IMG/VR virus record: IMGVR_UViG_3300019378_000003
Reading direction: 5' to 3' (one strand)
Source: a virus
Taxonomy: Duplodnaviria > Heunggongvirae > Uroviricota > Caudoviricetes
DNA: 64,000 nucleotides
A program made the translations under genes and the position numbers. A model generated the notes under the pieces. It ran no database searches, was not told the origin of the DNA, and saw only the letters and a list, made by a program, of their open reading frames with translations. Shown one piece after another: positions 1 to 9,987 of the stretch (the first letter of the stretch is position 1; each line of letters opens with the position of its first letter).

Positions 1-702
1 TTTCAGATCACGGGCTTTTTCCAAAATCTTAATTAACGTCAAATCACCATACTCGTTGTGAGGAATGCGCACCAATGGCACTCCAATGTCCATACACCAC
101 TCGGTTTTAATTTTGTCTCTTTCTTGCTGATGTACAAAAGTTTCTTCTCCACCCCAAATTTTCACTGGCGCGGCATGCTGATAACCATCGAATTCAATGA
201 CAAAAGCTAATCCTTCTTTTCCAAATACAGCAAAATCAAAAGCGTATCTCTGTAATCCTTCAAAACGATATTGTTCTTGAAAATTCAATCCACCCGCTTG
301 AAGCAATTCACGTATTTTAATTTCGCCTCTCGATGAATGATGACAAGCTACACAAGTATTCTGTCCACTCTTTAGATGATCTGCCTGAATCTGTTTTTCT
401 AAGCCACATCTCACGCAACGACATTTCCAATAACATACATGACTACGATTAATATATCCGATTCGCTCTAATACTTCGAAATCGCCATATTTATCTCCCA
501 CTTCTACTTTCTTGCGTTTGCGCAGTCCAAGAGAACAAGGTTTACAGGAAATTGCCGTTTGACCATTAAGCTTATCAATACGTACACTTACAGTATTACC
601 ACAAAGTTCACATTTACATAAAAAATACTTATTTCCATACTAGGCCGTTTTCACTGGATCCGGCCCTAACACTGTTAAAAATCCACTTTTCTTACCAACC
701 AT
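1..702 (-). CDS. Zinc-finger protein with C-terminal Vsr/DUF559-like (restriction-endonuclease-fold) domain; putative homing endonuclease. Truncated at the window edge (C-terminus missing).
   Basis: Minus-strand ATG at 700-702 reads MVGKKSGFLTVLGP... and has one in-frame TAG. It has several CxxC/CxC clusters, then ...RGEIKIRELLQAGGLNF...YAFDFAVFGKEGLAFVIEFDGYQH..., matching the R.DF...E.DG.QH signature of Vsr-like DUF559 nucleases. It is a paralog of the 5863-6219 gene. Confidence 0.5.
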
Positions 703-1093
703 TACAACCTCCAAATTCTGGACACCACATTACACATTGTCCGTCCGGTCCTTCACATCCAAGAGCCTCAATCGGCAAATCATGGTTTTTGCAAAATTTC
801 TCATACTCGCCCCATCCGCAATTCCATAATACATGCTTCGAAACAAATTCATTTTCGGCACGTCTATAAGCATCCTTCTCTTCTTGTGTAGAAGGACGAA
901 TATTCGGGTCTTTTGGCTCATGATACTTAATAGTCGTAGAGCCATCTGGATTTGTTGTCCATGTAGTAATATTCTTATACCACTCCGAATCTTTCTTAAA
1001 AGGATTTTCAAGAGTAGTAGTTCTGTCCCATTCTTCTCTAGCATGAAATACTACCGCATTCACGCCACTAACTACAATAGGTTTAAAAGACAT
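692..1093 (-). CDS. Hypothetical Cys-rich protein, 133 aa.
   Basis: Uninterrupted ORF ending in TAA. C-terminus is CGWGEYEKFCKNH...GCEGPDGQCVMWCPEFGGCNGW. No homology recognised. Confidence 0.45.
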   Translation of the reverse strand: MSFKPIVVSGVNAVVFHAREEWDRTTTLENPFKKDSEWYKNITTWTTNPDGSTTIKYHEPKDPNIRPSTQEEKDAYRRAENEFVSKHVLWNCGWGEYEKFCKNHDLPIEALGCEGPDGQCVMWCPEFGGCNGW

Positions 1094-1412
1094 CTATATC
1101 GTAATCCCCTCTCACGGCAACCCAATCGCCGACATTAACATGCATTGTCTGCCACTCGTGAAGCCGAACTTCTCTCCACTTGCCGTCTCGCTCAATTCGA
1201 ATATACCAATAGCCCGGCTTATCAACCATTCTGTGGCCATCTGCCATGGTGATAATTTCTCTGGGGTGATACTGCTCCAAGACAACCTCACCTGTAGACA
1301 GGCGTGGGTCATAATTGGATAAATCACCTATCGCAAAAGTAAGGAGAGTGGCTAACATAATCGCCACGACAACCATAAAAACTGGTACAAAAATTTTACT
1401 TGTACGGCTCAT
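1083..1412 (-). CDS. Small membrane-anchored protein (N-terminal TM helix, ~80-aa C-terminal domain).
   Basis: ATG at 1410-1412 (minus) sits after an AAGGAGG-like RBS. The protein reads MSRTSKIFVPVFMVVVAIMLATLLTFAIG..., then ...DGKWREVRLHEWQTMHVNVGDWVAVRGDY. It ends in TAA. Confidence 0.45.
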   Translation of the reverse strand: MSRTSKIFVPVFMVVVAIMLATLLTFAIGDLSNYDPRLSTGEVVLEQYHPREIITMADGHRMVDKPGYWYIRIERDGKWREVRLHEWQTMHVNVGDWVAVRGDYDIDVF

Positions 1413-1731
1413 TCTATGCGTATCCTCCTTGGTAGTCCTGCCAGATACCTTCGTCGCCAAAATACATTACAGCATCTTTCATATTATATCTATCGCCGAC
1501 CCAAAAAGTATACCACTGAGCCGGGCTTACATATTTGGTCCAACGGCAACCATCAAGGTCATCAATGACAAACCAGTAAACGCCACCATGATTCTGACCA
1601 TATTCATCAATATAGCCAGTTACCATACCCTTGTCTACGATAACGCCAGTGTCATTGCTACTACCAACAAGCAAACCACAAACTCCCACAAAAATACAAA
1701 TCAGGCCTACAATTAAAACTACCCATTTCAT
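1396..1731 (-). CDS. Small membrane-anchored protein, paralog of the 1083-1412 gene.
   Basis: ATG at 1729-1731 (minus) is preceded by AAGAGG. The protein reads MKWVVLIVGLICIFVGVCGLL..., then ...DGCRWTKYVSPAQWYTFWVGDRYNM (same DG.WR...W...VGD pattern). A TAG at 1414-1416 is read through to TAA at 1396. Confidence 0.4.
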
Positions 1732-1763
1732 AGTATTTACCTCTTGTTTCATTTTCTAAATAT

Positions 1764-1792
1764 ATTATATCAAAATTTTTTAAAATTTTCAA
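1764..1792 (-). promoter_or_regulatory. Leftward sigma70-like promoter (TTGAAA-N17-TATAAT on the minus strand).
   Basis: The reverse complement of 1787-1792 is TTGAAA and of 1764-1769 is TATAAT, 17 nt apart, immediately upstream of the leftward gene start at 1731. Confidence 0.4.
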
Positions 1793-1803
1793 ATTGAAGA
1801 TTC

Positions 1804-1832
1804 TTGACACGAGAAAAAATTTTTGTTATAAT
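1804..1832 (+). promoter_or_regulatory. Strong consensus sigma70 promoter, TTGACA-N17-TATAAT.
   Basis: 1804-1809 is TTGACA, followed by the 17-nt spacer cgagaaaaaatttttgt, then 1827-1832 TATAAT. GAAGGAGG follows at 1842-1849. This implies a very short (~10 nt) leader for the first rightward gene. Confidence 0.65.
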
Positions 1833-1849
1833 AATACTAACGAAGGAGG

Positions 1850-2920
1850 TTGATTATTATAATCAAGTTAGATTATACGATCGAGTCTCCGGAAGAGCGT
1901 AATAAATTAGTAGAACAGATTTTAGCTGAAACTCCCGACCCGAGTGAACAGTATCTTGAAATTCTTGCTGATTATTTAGTTCTTTGTATGGAGAAGCAAG
2001 AGCGTAGAGAGAGAAAGATTCTTACGGATAATAGAATGGCTACTATTAATAAACGTGAGACATCTTTTGAAGGTCTTATCGGGCAGTTAGAAAATGGCGA
2101 AGATGGTATTTACAATTTAGTAACGAACGATAAAAATATTATATTTCAACCTAAAGTAACTATTACAAAACAAGATATTGAAGAAATTGCGCCTTTACGA
2201 CAACTTAAAGAATCAATAGCTAGATGGGAAGAGTTGTCAAAGACTGCTACTGGACGCGCCGCGTTTATCGCGAAATCTACACTCATTGAATTACGTAAGG
2301 ATTAGTATATTATAAAAAATGCTTATCGTAAACCAATTGTTTTTACTCGATTAACACGAAACACAAGCACTGGAGTGTCGCTCCCCTGGGATGAGTGGAT
2401 TGATGAGAATGGAGATATACAATATTCCGGTCTTTCTTTTTTGAATCCCGATATTATTAGTTTAATTTTATGTAATTATTCAAAACTAAAAGAAGATAGT
2501 TGGGATTAGTTCCAAGGGGATACTTGGTACATGATGCTGGATTTTGATAATATTGCCGAAAAAGCATTAGCAAGTTTCCCTATGTATCGCCGCATCGTTG
2601 AATACAAGGTCGATGGATTGTCCAATCTGACTATTCAAAAAGCAATAGAAGAAGAATTTGGCTTCACCCATTCCATTGAATACATTAGCTCTTTATGGCG
2701 TAATAAAATCCCAAAACTAATTGCTTCTGCCGCAACCGATGAATGGCTCCTTTGGTATTATACTGAAAAAGAACGTGGCCAATGGAAGCGCTGTACTCGC
2801 TGTGGTCAAGTTAAGTTAGCCCATTCACGCTTTTTTTCCATAAATAAAACATCTAAAGATGGATGGTATAGTTTATGTAAGAAATGCCGCAACTCCAAAA
2901 ATCGTAAAAAGGAGGGCTAA
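1850..2920 (+). CDS. Hypothetical protein with C-terminal Cys4 zinc ribbon, 356 aa, 2 in-frame TAG.
   Basis: Single frame-2 reading frame from TTG 1850 to TAA 2918-2920, through TAGs at 2303 and 2513. C-terminus reads CTRCGQVKLAHSRFF...SLCKKCRNSKNRKKEG. The start is uncertain: the RBS abuts the TTG, and the next in-frame ATG is at 1988. Confidence 0.45.
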
Positions 2921-2923
2921 TTT

Positions 2924-4105
2924 ATGGCAGTTGGCAATAATACTTATTACTGTAAAACTTGTAATAGAACTATGGATGAAACTTAGTTCTATACTTCAAG
3001 AAGATTAGACCGTTATCCAAATGATGGTAAGATGCCCGAATGTAAAAAGTGTCTTACTCGCCATGTGGATAATTGGAAACCTGAAACTTTTAAATGGATT
3101 CTTGAAGAAATTGATGTTCCCTACATTGAAGAAGAATGGACCAAATTAATGAGTAAATACTGCACTGACCCTTCCAAGGTCACTGGTATGACAATTCTTG
3201 GTCGCTATCTTTCTAAAATGAAATTGACCCAATTTGAAAATTATCGTTGGGCTGATACAGAAACTATTTAGGCTCGTTTAAATGCTAGTAAAGCCGAAGT
3301 AATGACTCGCCAAGGTTATTCAACAGAAGAAATTGAGGCAGCCATTGCGGCAGGCAATGGTATTGAAAAACCTGAAGGTTGGGACACTTCGCCATCGGCG
3401 GTAGATGCTCCACCTCCAATTGATGCTTTTGAACCAGTTGATTTTAATGATGACCTTACAGAAGAAGATAGAAAGTATCTTGCTATCAAGTGGGGAAAAA
3501 CTTACAAACCCTATGAATGGGTTCAATTAGAAAAATATTATCAAGAAATGATGGCATCTTTTGATATTCAAACGCCATCTCATGAAGATTATTTAAAACT
3601 TATTTGTAAAACTTCTATTAAGGCGCATCAACTTATTGACTTAGGAGACATTGAAGGCTTCCAAAAGATGTCTAAAGTTTATGATGCTTTAATGAAATCT
3701 GCTAAATTTACAGCAGTATAGAATAAAGCTGAATCTGGTGAGTTTGTAAATTCTATTTCTGAATTGGTTCTCTTGTGCGAGAAAGAGGAAGGATGCATTC
3801 CTCGTTTCTATACAGATAAACCAAAAGATAGAGTAGATGAAACACTTGCCGATTTGCGTGGCTATACTAATACTCTTGTTACCGAAGAAATGAATTTGGG
3901 TAATCTTATTGAATCTGCTTTGAAAGCACTACAGCGAGAAGCTGAACGTGAAGAAGATGAAGATATTGATGACGATGATGAAATTTTTGATATGGATAAT
4001 ATTGATGATTTAAAAGATAGCGATTTTGAAGAACATTACGACTTTTTGGACGATGAAGCCGAAGCTGACTTCCTTGATATGCAAGATATATTAGAGGAGG
4101 AATGA
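2924..4105 (+). CDS. Putative terminase small subunit. Zinc-ribbon N-terminus, acidic C-terminus, 393 aa, 4 in-frame TAG.
   Basis: ATG 2924 to TGA 4103-4105, followed at once by TAA and the terL ATG (tgaTAAatg). N-terminus reads YYCKTCNRTMDE...MPECKKCLTRH. The C-terminus is an extremely acidic tail. The call rests on position directly upstream of terL. Confidence 0.35.
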
Positions 4106-4108
4106 TAA

Positions 4109-5851
4109 ATGGCTTTATAGGATTTATTAAACCTTTCACAAGATAGATAGAAAATTGGATTATCAGAAGAACGAGTAAGGGCTATTATTCCTGTTGCTCG
4201 CGACTATATTTCTTACTGGCGTGAATATCCAGATATGTTCGTCGACTTTATGGCGGGTAAGTGGCAAGCCAACCCGCCTAAAGAGACGCTTAATCTATTC
4301 TTCTACCAGCGAGTATTTTTGAGAGCCGCTATGCGTTATAAATACGTATATGCGGTTTTTCCGCGTGCTTATTCTAAATCTTTCCTTGCCGTTTTGATTC
4401 TTATGACTCGTGCCGTTTTATATGCCGGCTCTAAGTTATTTGTAACATCTGGTGGTAAGGAACAGGCTTCTGGTATTCTAAAAGAAAAAGTATAGGAAAT
4501 TTGTACTTTGGTGCCGGGCTTCGCAAAAGAGATTGATTGGGGCCGTGGTAAAACTTTGGAAGGTAAGGATTATTGTAAGTATATTTTTAAAAGTGGTTCT
4601 TATATTGATAACTTGGGCGCTTCTGAAAAATCAAGAGGTAAGCGTCGTCATGGCGGACTCGTTGAAGAGTGCGTTGGTGTCGACGGAACTATTTTGAACG
4701 AAGTTATTATTCCAGTTATGAACGTTTCTCGAAGATTGCCCGATGGCACTTCTGATGATAATGAAGTTCTTAATAAGAGCCAAATCTTTGTTACGACCGC
4801 AGGTTGGAAGAATACTTTTGCTTATGATAAACTTATTCAAATGCTAGTTGGTTAGATTACACAGCCTGAAAAGTTCTGTATTATGGGTGGTACTTGGCGT
4901 ATTCCTGTTCTTATGAAATTACTTGATAAGAACTTTGTGCGCGACTTGAAATTGGACGGTACATTTAATGAGTCCTCTTTTGAACGTGAATATGAATCTA
5001 AATGGTCTGGTACTATCGAAGATGCATTCTTCCGTGCAGAACAATTTGACCGCAACCGCATTCTACGTCAGCCTGAATATGAATATTCCGGACGTTCAAT
5101 TAAATCGGCATATTATGTTCTGTCTGTTGACGTTGGCCGAAAAGGTTGCGATACGGTAGTTTGTGTATTTAAAGTAACACCTTAGACTGCCGGTGTGTCT
5201 ATTAAAACATTGGTAAACATTTATACACTTCACAATGAACACTTTGAAGATTAGGCTATTGCACTCAAAAAACTTTATTATAAATATAAGGCGCGTCGTA
5301 TTGTTATTGACGCCAATGGTCTTGGTATTGGTCTTGTCGACTATATGGTAAAATCTTAGATGGACCCAGATACGAATGATATTTATCCTGACTTTGGTGT
5401 AGAAAATGATCCCGATGCTGAATATAAAAAGTTCCGCACAGATGCGTGTGAATATGATGCTATGTATTTGATTAAAGCTAATGCGCCAATCAATACTGAA
5501 GCTCATGCCAATGCGTAGACGCAACTTTCCTCTGGTAAAGTAAAAATGTTAATAGATGAACGTGTGGCCAAAGTAAAATTGCTTGGAACTAAACGCGGTC
5601 AAGAAATGAAGCCTGAAGAAAGGGCGGAATATCTTAAACCATTTACCCTTACCTCCATATTGAAAGAGGAAATGATGAATTTGCGTGAAGAAAATGAAGG
5701 CGTAAATATCATCTTAAAGCAAGCGAATAAAGGTATAAAAAAGGATAAATTTTCTGCTTTTGAATATGGTTTATACTATATTAAATAGGAAGAAGATAGT
5801 AAAAAGCGTAAACGAAAAGGAAAAATATCTGATTTTATGTTTATGAATTAA
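4109..5851 (+). CDS. terL: Terminase large subunit, 580 aa, ~9 in-frame TAG.
   Basis: Six track ORFs (4235, 4508, 4883, 5546...) are all in frame 2 and separated only by TAG. The gene ends in TAA at 5849-5851, followed by AAGGAGG plus ATG. ATPase-like N-terminus reads ...FLRAAMRYKYVYAVFPRAYSKSFLAVLILMTRAV...LFVTSGG. RNaseH-like nuclease region reads ...YYVLSVDVGRKGCDTVVCVFKV...RRIVIDANGLGIGLVDYM. Confidence 0.8.
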
Positions 5852-5862
5852 GGAGGTCCCTC

Positions 5863-6219
5863 ATGAGAGCATCACGAGGAGAAATTAAAATTCAAGAGAT
5901 ACTCCAATAGTCTGGCTTGCGATTTACAATGGAACAGTCATTTGAGGGACTGAATAGTTCTAATGGTCGCCCATTGCGTTTTGACTTTTGCGTTTATGAT
6001 GATGATGGCAATATTGATTTTTTAATTGAATATCAAGGTAAGCAACATTATGAGCCAAGTCAAAAATTTGGAGGCAAGAAGGGTTTCTATTAGTAGCAGT
6101 TTAATGATAATAAGAAGCGTCGCTTTTGTGCATTGAATGAAATTACTTTAGTTGAAATTCCATACACAGAAGAGAATCTTATTTCATACGACTATATTTT
6201 AGAAAAAGCTGGTTATTGA
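5863..6219 (+). CDS. Small Vsr/DUF559-like endonuclease (homing-endonuclease-like), 118 aa, 3 in-frame TAG.
   Basis: GGAGG at 5852-5856, then ATG 5863 to TGA 6217-6219. Reads RGEIKIQEILQQSGLRF...RPLRFDFCVYDDDGNIDFLIEYQGKQHY, the same signature and a clear paralog of the nuclease domain in the 1-702 gene. It is inserted between terL and portal. Confidence 0.5.
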
Positions 6220-6232
6220 GGAGGTGTGAAAA

Positions 6233-7831
6233 TTGCGAAGAAGATAGGATGAAATCCGAGCAAAAGGATTTTAGATGACACCTCGCCCAATAGACTATGA
6301 AGGCCCCATGTCTTCCATGGATTTCGCCAAGATTAGAGTTGGTCTTTAGACTCTTGATGATGCTATTTTGGATCTTGGTAGTTTAAAAAAGGGTAATGTC
6401 CGTTATACAAATAAGAATACAATTCTTAAGGCTTTGGCCGAAAGAGATTATCCATTGCTACGAGAGATTTCAGAATACTGGTTTGAAAACAGTGGTATTT
6501 ATGAACGTCTTTGTAAGTATTTTGCTTATCTATATAGATATGACTGGTATGTTGTTCCTTATGTTGAGGATGACAGCATTAAAGAAGATAAAATACTTGC
6601 TGAATTTAGTAAAGTGCTAAATTATATGGACGCTTCAAATATAAAATACATGTGTGGTAATATTGCCCTTGAAGTCGTAAAGAATGGCTGTTATTATGGC
6701 TATATTGTAGACAGCGAAGGTGGTATTACTATTTAGCAATTGCCGATTGGATATTGCCGCAGTAGATACTTTGTTGGCAATCAGCCCGCAGTTGAATTTA
6801 ATATGAAATTCTTCGACGATAAATTTCCAAACCTTGAATATCGCATGCGCGTATTGAAAATGTTCCCGCCAGAATTTGCTAAGGGTTATGTTCTTTATAA
6901 AAAGGGTAAACTCAAGGATGAAGATGGAACAGGTTCTGATGGATGGTATCTATTAGACCCAGCTTGTGCGATTAAGTTAAATATTTGCGGCACTGACTAT
7001 CCTATGTTGGTTAATGCGATTCCATCTCTTTTGGATTTGGATGCCGCGCAGGATTTAGATCGTCGTAAGACAATGCAGAAACTTCTCAAAATTATTATTC
7101 AAAAATTGCCGCTTGACAAGAATGGCGATTTGATTTTCGACGTTGATGAAGCAAAAGACATTCATAATAATGCCGTTCAAATGTTAAAGAAGGCAGTTGG
7201 TGTTGACGTTCTTACTACTTTTGCTGATGTAGAAGTTGCCGATTTGGCTGATAAGAATACTACAACTTCAACTGACGATTTGAATAAGGTTGAACGTACT
7301 GTTTATAATGCTCTTGGCGTTTCACAGAATCTTTTCAATACTGATGGTAATATCGCTCTTGAAAAGTCTATTCTTAACGACGAAGCATCTATGAGAAGTC
7401 TTATTTTACAGTTCTAGAATCTTTTAAATAAGATTGTTAGACATAAATTCCCTGGGAAGAAGAAATATAATTTCCGCGTCTTTATGTTGGAGACGACAGT
7501 CTACAACTACATCGAGCTTGCGAAGATGTATAAAGAGCAGGTTACTATTGGTTATTCCAAGATGTTGCCACAAATTGCTATGGGACATTCCCAGAGTGCA
7601 GTTATTGCTAATGCTCATTTTGAAAATGAAATTCTACATCTTTATGAAATTATGATTCCTCCTATGATGTCTTCCACTATGAAAGGTGAGGACATTTTAG
7701 GGCAAAAAGGTCAGGGGAAAAATTAGGTAAATTAGGCACAGTCTACTGAACAATCAAAAGGTGGACGTCCTGAAAAGCCGGATGGTCAAAAATCTGAAAA
7801 GACCATTCAAAATAAGGAGTCAGCCAGCTGA
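6233..7831 (+). CDS. Portal protein (candidate), ~532 aa, ~7 in-frame TAG.
   Basis: TTG 6233 lies 8 nt after GGAGG (an alternative start is ATG 6275). Track ORFs 6368, 6740 and 7484 are all frame 2. The gene ends at TGA 7829-7831. Size, position after terL and the acidic LDLDAAQDLD... segment fit a portal. Confidence 0.55.
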
Positions 7832-7854
7832 TGGCTGAGGGAGGAAGTTAGATA

Positions 7855-9255
7855 ATGCATATTAGTATTCCAGTCGAACATACTATTGAATTGCTTAACT
7901 TCACTCCCATAAACCCCCTTATTTCCAAGTGCGAAATTAAGGTGTGTTATGTGGGAGAAGACCCTAATAGAAACCGTAGTATTATTACTAAGGCGGTAGC
8001 CACAGATATGGCTAAGACCTTGCCGGGTTCGCCAATTGTAGGTTACTATAATGAGGCGAAAGGTGACTTCGAGGAACACAATCGTATGATTGATGTTTCT
8101 AATGGAAAATTTAATATTATCGATACTACCCGCCCATATGGTTTTGTTGATTTAGGGGCTAAAGTCTGGTTCCAAAAATTCTTGGATGATGGAATAGAGC
8201 ATGAGTATCTTATGACCGAAGGTTATATTTGGTCTGATATTTATCCAGAATCTAAGCGGATAGTTGAAAAAGGAAATAACCAGTCTATGGAACTTCATAA
8301 TAAACTAACCAAAGGAACTTGGACGACTGATGATAATGGAATGCCAAAGTTTTTCATTATCAACGAAGCAATTATCTCAAAACTTTGTATTCTTGGAGAA
8401 GACGTCGAACCTTGTTTCGAGGGTGCTGGTATTGCCGCACAATTCTCCATTGATGGGGACTTTAAAGCTAAGCTTTTCTCCATGATTGAGGAATTGAAGA
8501 CAGCTTTACAAGAAGGAGGAGCTACTCATATGGAAAAGAATGAGAACATCATGATTGAGAACGAAAATCAGGAAACTGAAATCGTCCTTGATAATCAGGA
8601 TGAATTCAAGAAAAAGTCCAAAGAGGAAGAGGAAGAAGAAGAAGAAAAGAAACCTCCTTTCCCTCCAAAGAAGGACGATGAATCCGAAGGCAAGTCTGAA
8701 GAGTCTAAAGAAGACGATGAAGATGATGACGAGGATAAGAAAAAGAAGAAAAAGATGAATCATGCTAAGGAAAATGAAGAGGAAGACGAGGAAAAGTGCC
8801 CTGATTGTGGCAAGCCAAAGTCTGAATGTACTTGTGAAGAAGATAAGAAAAAGAAGTACAACCTTGAAGAGATTCCTGAGTATGTAGAACTCGCTAAGGA
8901 ATATGCACTCGCAACTGCTCGTGTAGCAGAGCTTGAAGCTGAAATTGCTCCTTTGCGTGAGTTCAAAACTGCCGCTGATAAGAAAGAAAAGGAAAATATG
9001 ATTAATAGTTTCTATATGCTTTCTGATGAAGATAAGGCAGATGTTTTGGCCAACATTGATACATACAGCTTGGATGATATTGAAGCAAAGTTGGCAATTC
9101 TATGTGTTCGTAACAAGGTAAGCTTTAGCCTTGACGAAGATAATAAAGAAGAAGCTGAAGCAAGTCTTATTTATAATGTGACTGCTGAAGACGGCAATGA
9201 CAATGCACCAGCTTGGATTAAAGCTGTGCGTGATACTGCCAAAAACATGATTTAA
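7855..9255 (+). CDS. Head morphogenesis protein, possibly a protease/scaffold-type. 466 aa, no TAG.
   Basis: GGAGG then ATG 7855, ending at TAA 9253-9255. It has a globular N-terminal ~240 aa, an extreme E/K/D low-complexity block (EEEEEEEEKKPPFPPKKDDESEGKSEESKEDDEDDDEDKKKKKK), a CPDCGKPKSECTCEE motif, and a coiled-coil C-terminus (ELEAEIAPLREFK...). Confidence 0.4.
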   Translation: MHISIPVEHTIELLNFTPINPLISKCEIKVCYVGEDPNRNRSIITKAVATDMAKTLPGSPIVGYYNEAKGDFEEHNRMIDVSNGKFNIIDTTRPYGFVDLGAKVWFQKFLDDGIEHEYLMTEGYIWSDIYPESKRIVEKGNNQSMELHNKLTKGTWTTDDNGMPKFFIINEAIISKLCILGEDVEPCFEGAGIAAQFSIDGDFKAKLFSMIEELKTALQEGGATHMEKNENIMIENENQETEIVLDNQDEFKKKSKEEEEEEEEKKPPFPPKKDDESEGKSEESKEDDEDDDEDKKKKKKMNHAKENEEEDEEKCPDCGKPKSECTCEEDKKKKYNLEEIPEYVELAKEYALATARVAELEAEIAPLREFKTAADKKEKENMINSFYMLSDEDKADVLANIDTYSLDDIEAKLAILCVRNKVSFSLDEDNKEEAEASLIYNVTAEDGNDNAPAWIKAVRDTAKNMI

Positions 9256-9273
9256 TTAAGGAGGAAGCTTAAA

Positions 9274-9963
9274 ATGGCTTTTAAGAGTTTATCACAGGCC
9301 AAGATGGTTAAGCGTGGTTTTGGCCAGGTTGAACCCAATCACCTTAGCGCACGCTTTACTGGTGAAATTTACGGCCAGCTCCCAGCAAAGGCTGATATCG
9401 AAGTCCTTGAGCAGGGTCAGTTCGTAAAGTATAATTATGCTGCTGGTGTTGTTGATTTCGAGGGTCCCGGTGAGTGGATGCTTGTTAACAACGAAATTAA
9501 GATTTATCGTGATCATCAGACTGATGAAGATTTCGCTATGATTAAGCGCGATTATAATGCTTATGTTTATAGCCCAATCGGTCAGAATTCTGACGGTTCT
9601 ATGGCAGAAGCCGATCTTACTAAGAATTTCTCTCAAGAGAAGTATCCTTATGACGGCGATCTTCCACGTCTCCCAATTGGTCCTTCCTACGAGCGCGAAG
9701 TTCTTGAAGTTCCCGCTTACATGAAGGCTGGCGAAGTCATGGTTCCACGTGTATGGAAGACCCATGAAGGCGATATCTTTACCACTAACATGGTTCAGGC
9801 TACTTTTGATGAAGTTAAAGTTGGCGATTTCCTTAAGATTGGCGAACAGGGCATTTTGACTCCTGGCGGCGATATTGAGGCTGACAAGATGGTATGGCAG
9901 ATTGTTAAGAAGTACACCCTTCCTGACCTTCAGCCTGCTGTTAAGGTAATGCGCGTTAAGTAA
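9274..9963 (+). CDS. Hypothetical head protein, 229 aa, no TAG.
   Basis: AAGGAGG then ATG 9274, ending at TAA. It lies between the scaffold-like gene and the capsid candidate. Confidence 0.4.
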   Translation: MAFKSLSQAKMVKRGFGQVEPNHLSARFTGEIYGQLPAKADIEVLEQGQFVKYNYAAGVVDFEGPGEWMLVNNEIKIYRDHQTDEDFAMIKRDYNAYVYSPIGQNSDGSMAEADLTKNFSQEKYPYDGDLPRLPIGPSYEREVLEVPAYMKAGEVMVPRVWKTHEGDIFTTNMVQATFDEVKVGDFLKIGEQGILTPGGDIEADKMVWQIVKKYTLPDLQPAVKVMRVK

Positions 9964-9987
9964 TTTAGGAAAGGAGAGTATATAGCT

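Noticed and set aside
5096-5524. A 142-aa minus-strand ORF within terL.
   Set aside because: It is antisense to a well-supported gene, has no RBS and gives a low-complexity I/N/F-rich translation.
4235-5788. Track ORFs 4235-4495, 4508-4855, 4883-5185 and 5546-5788 as four separate small genes.
   Set aside because: All are in the same frame and separated only by TAG. Together they form a terminase large subunit with ATPase and nuclease halves. No RBS precedes the internal fragments.
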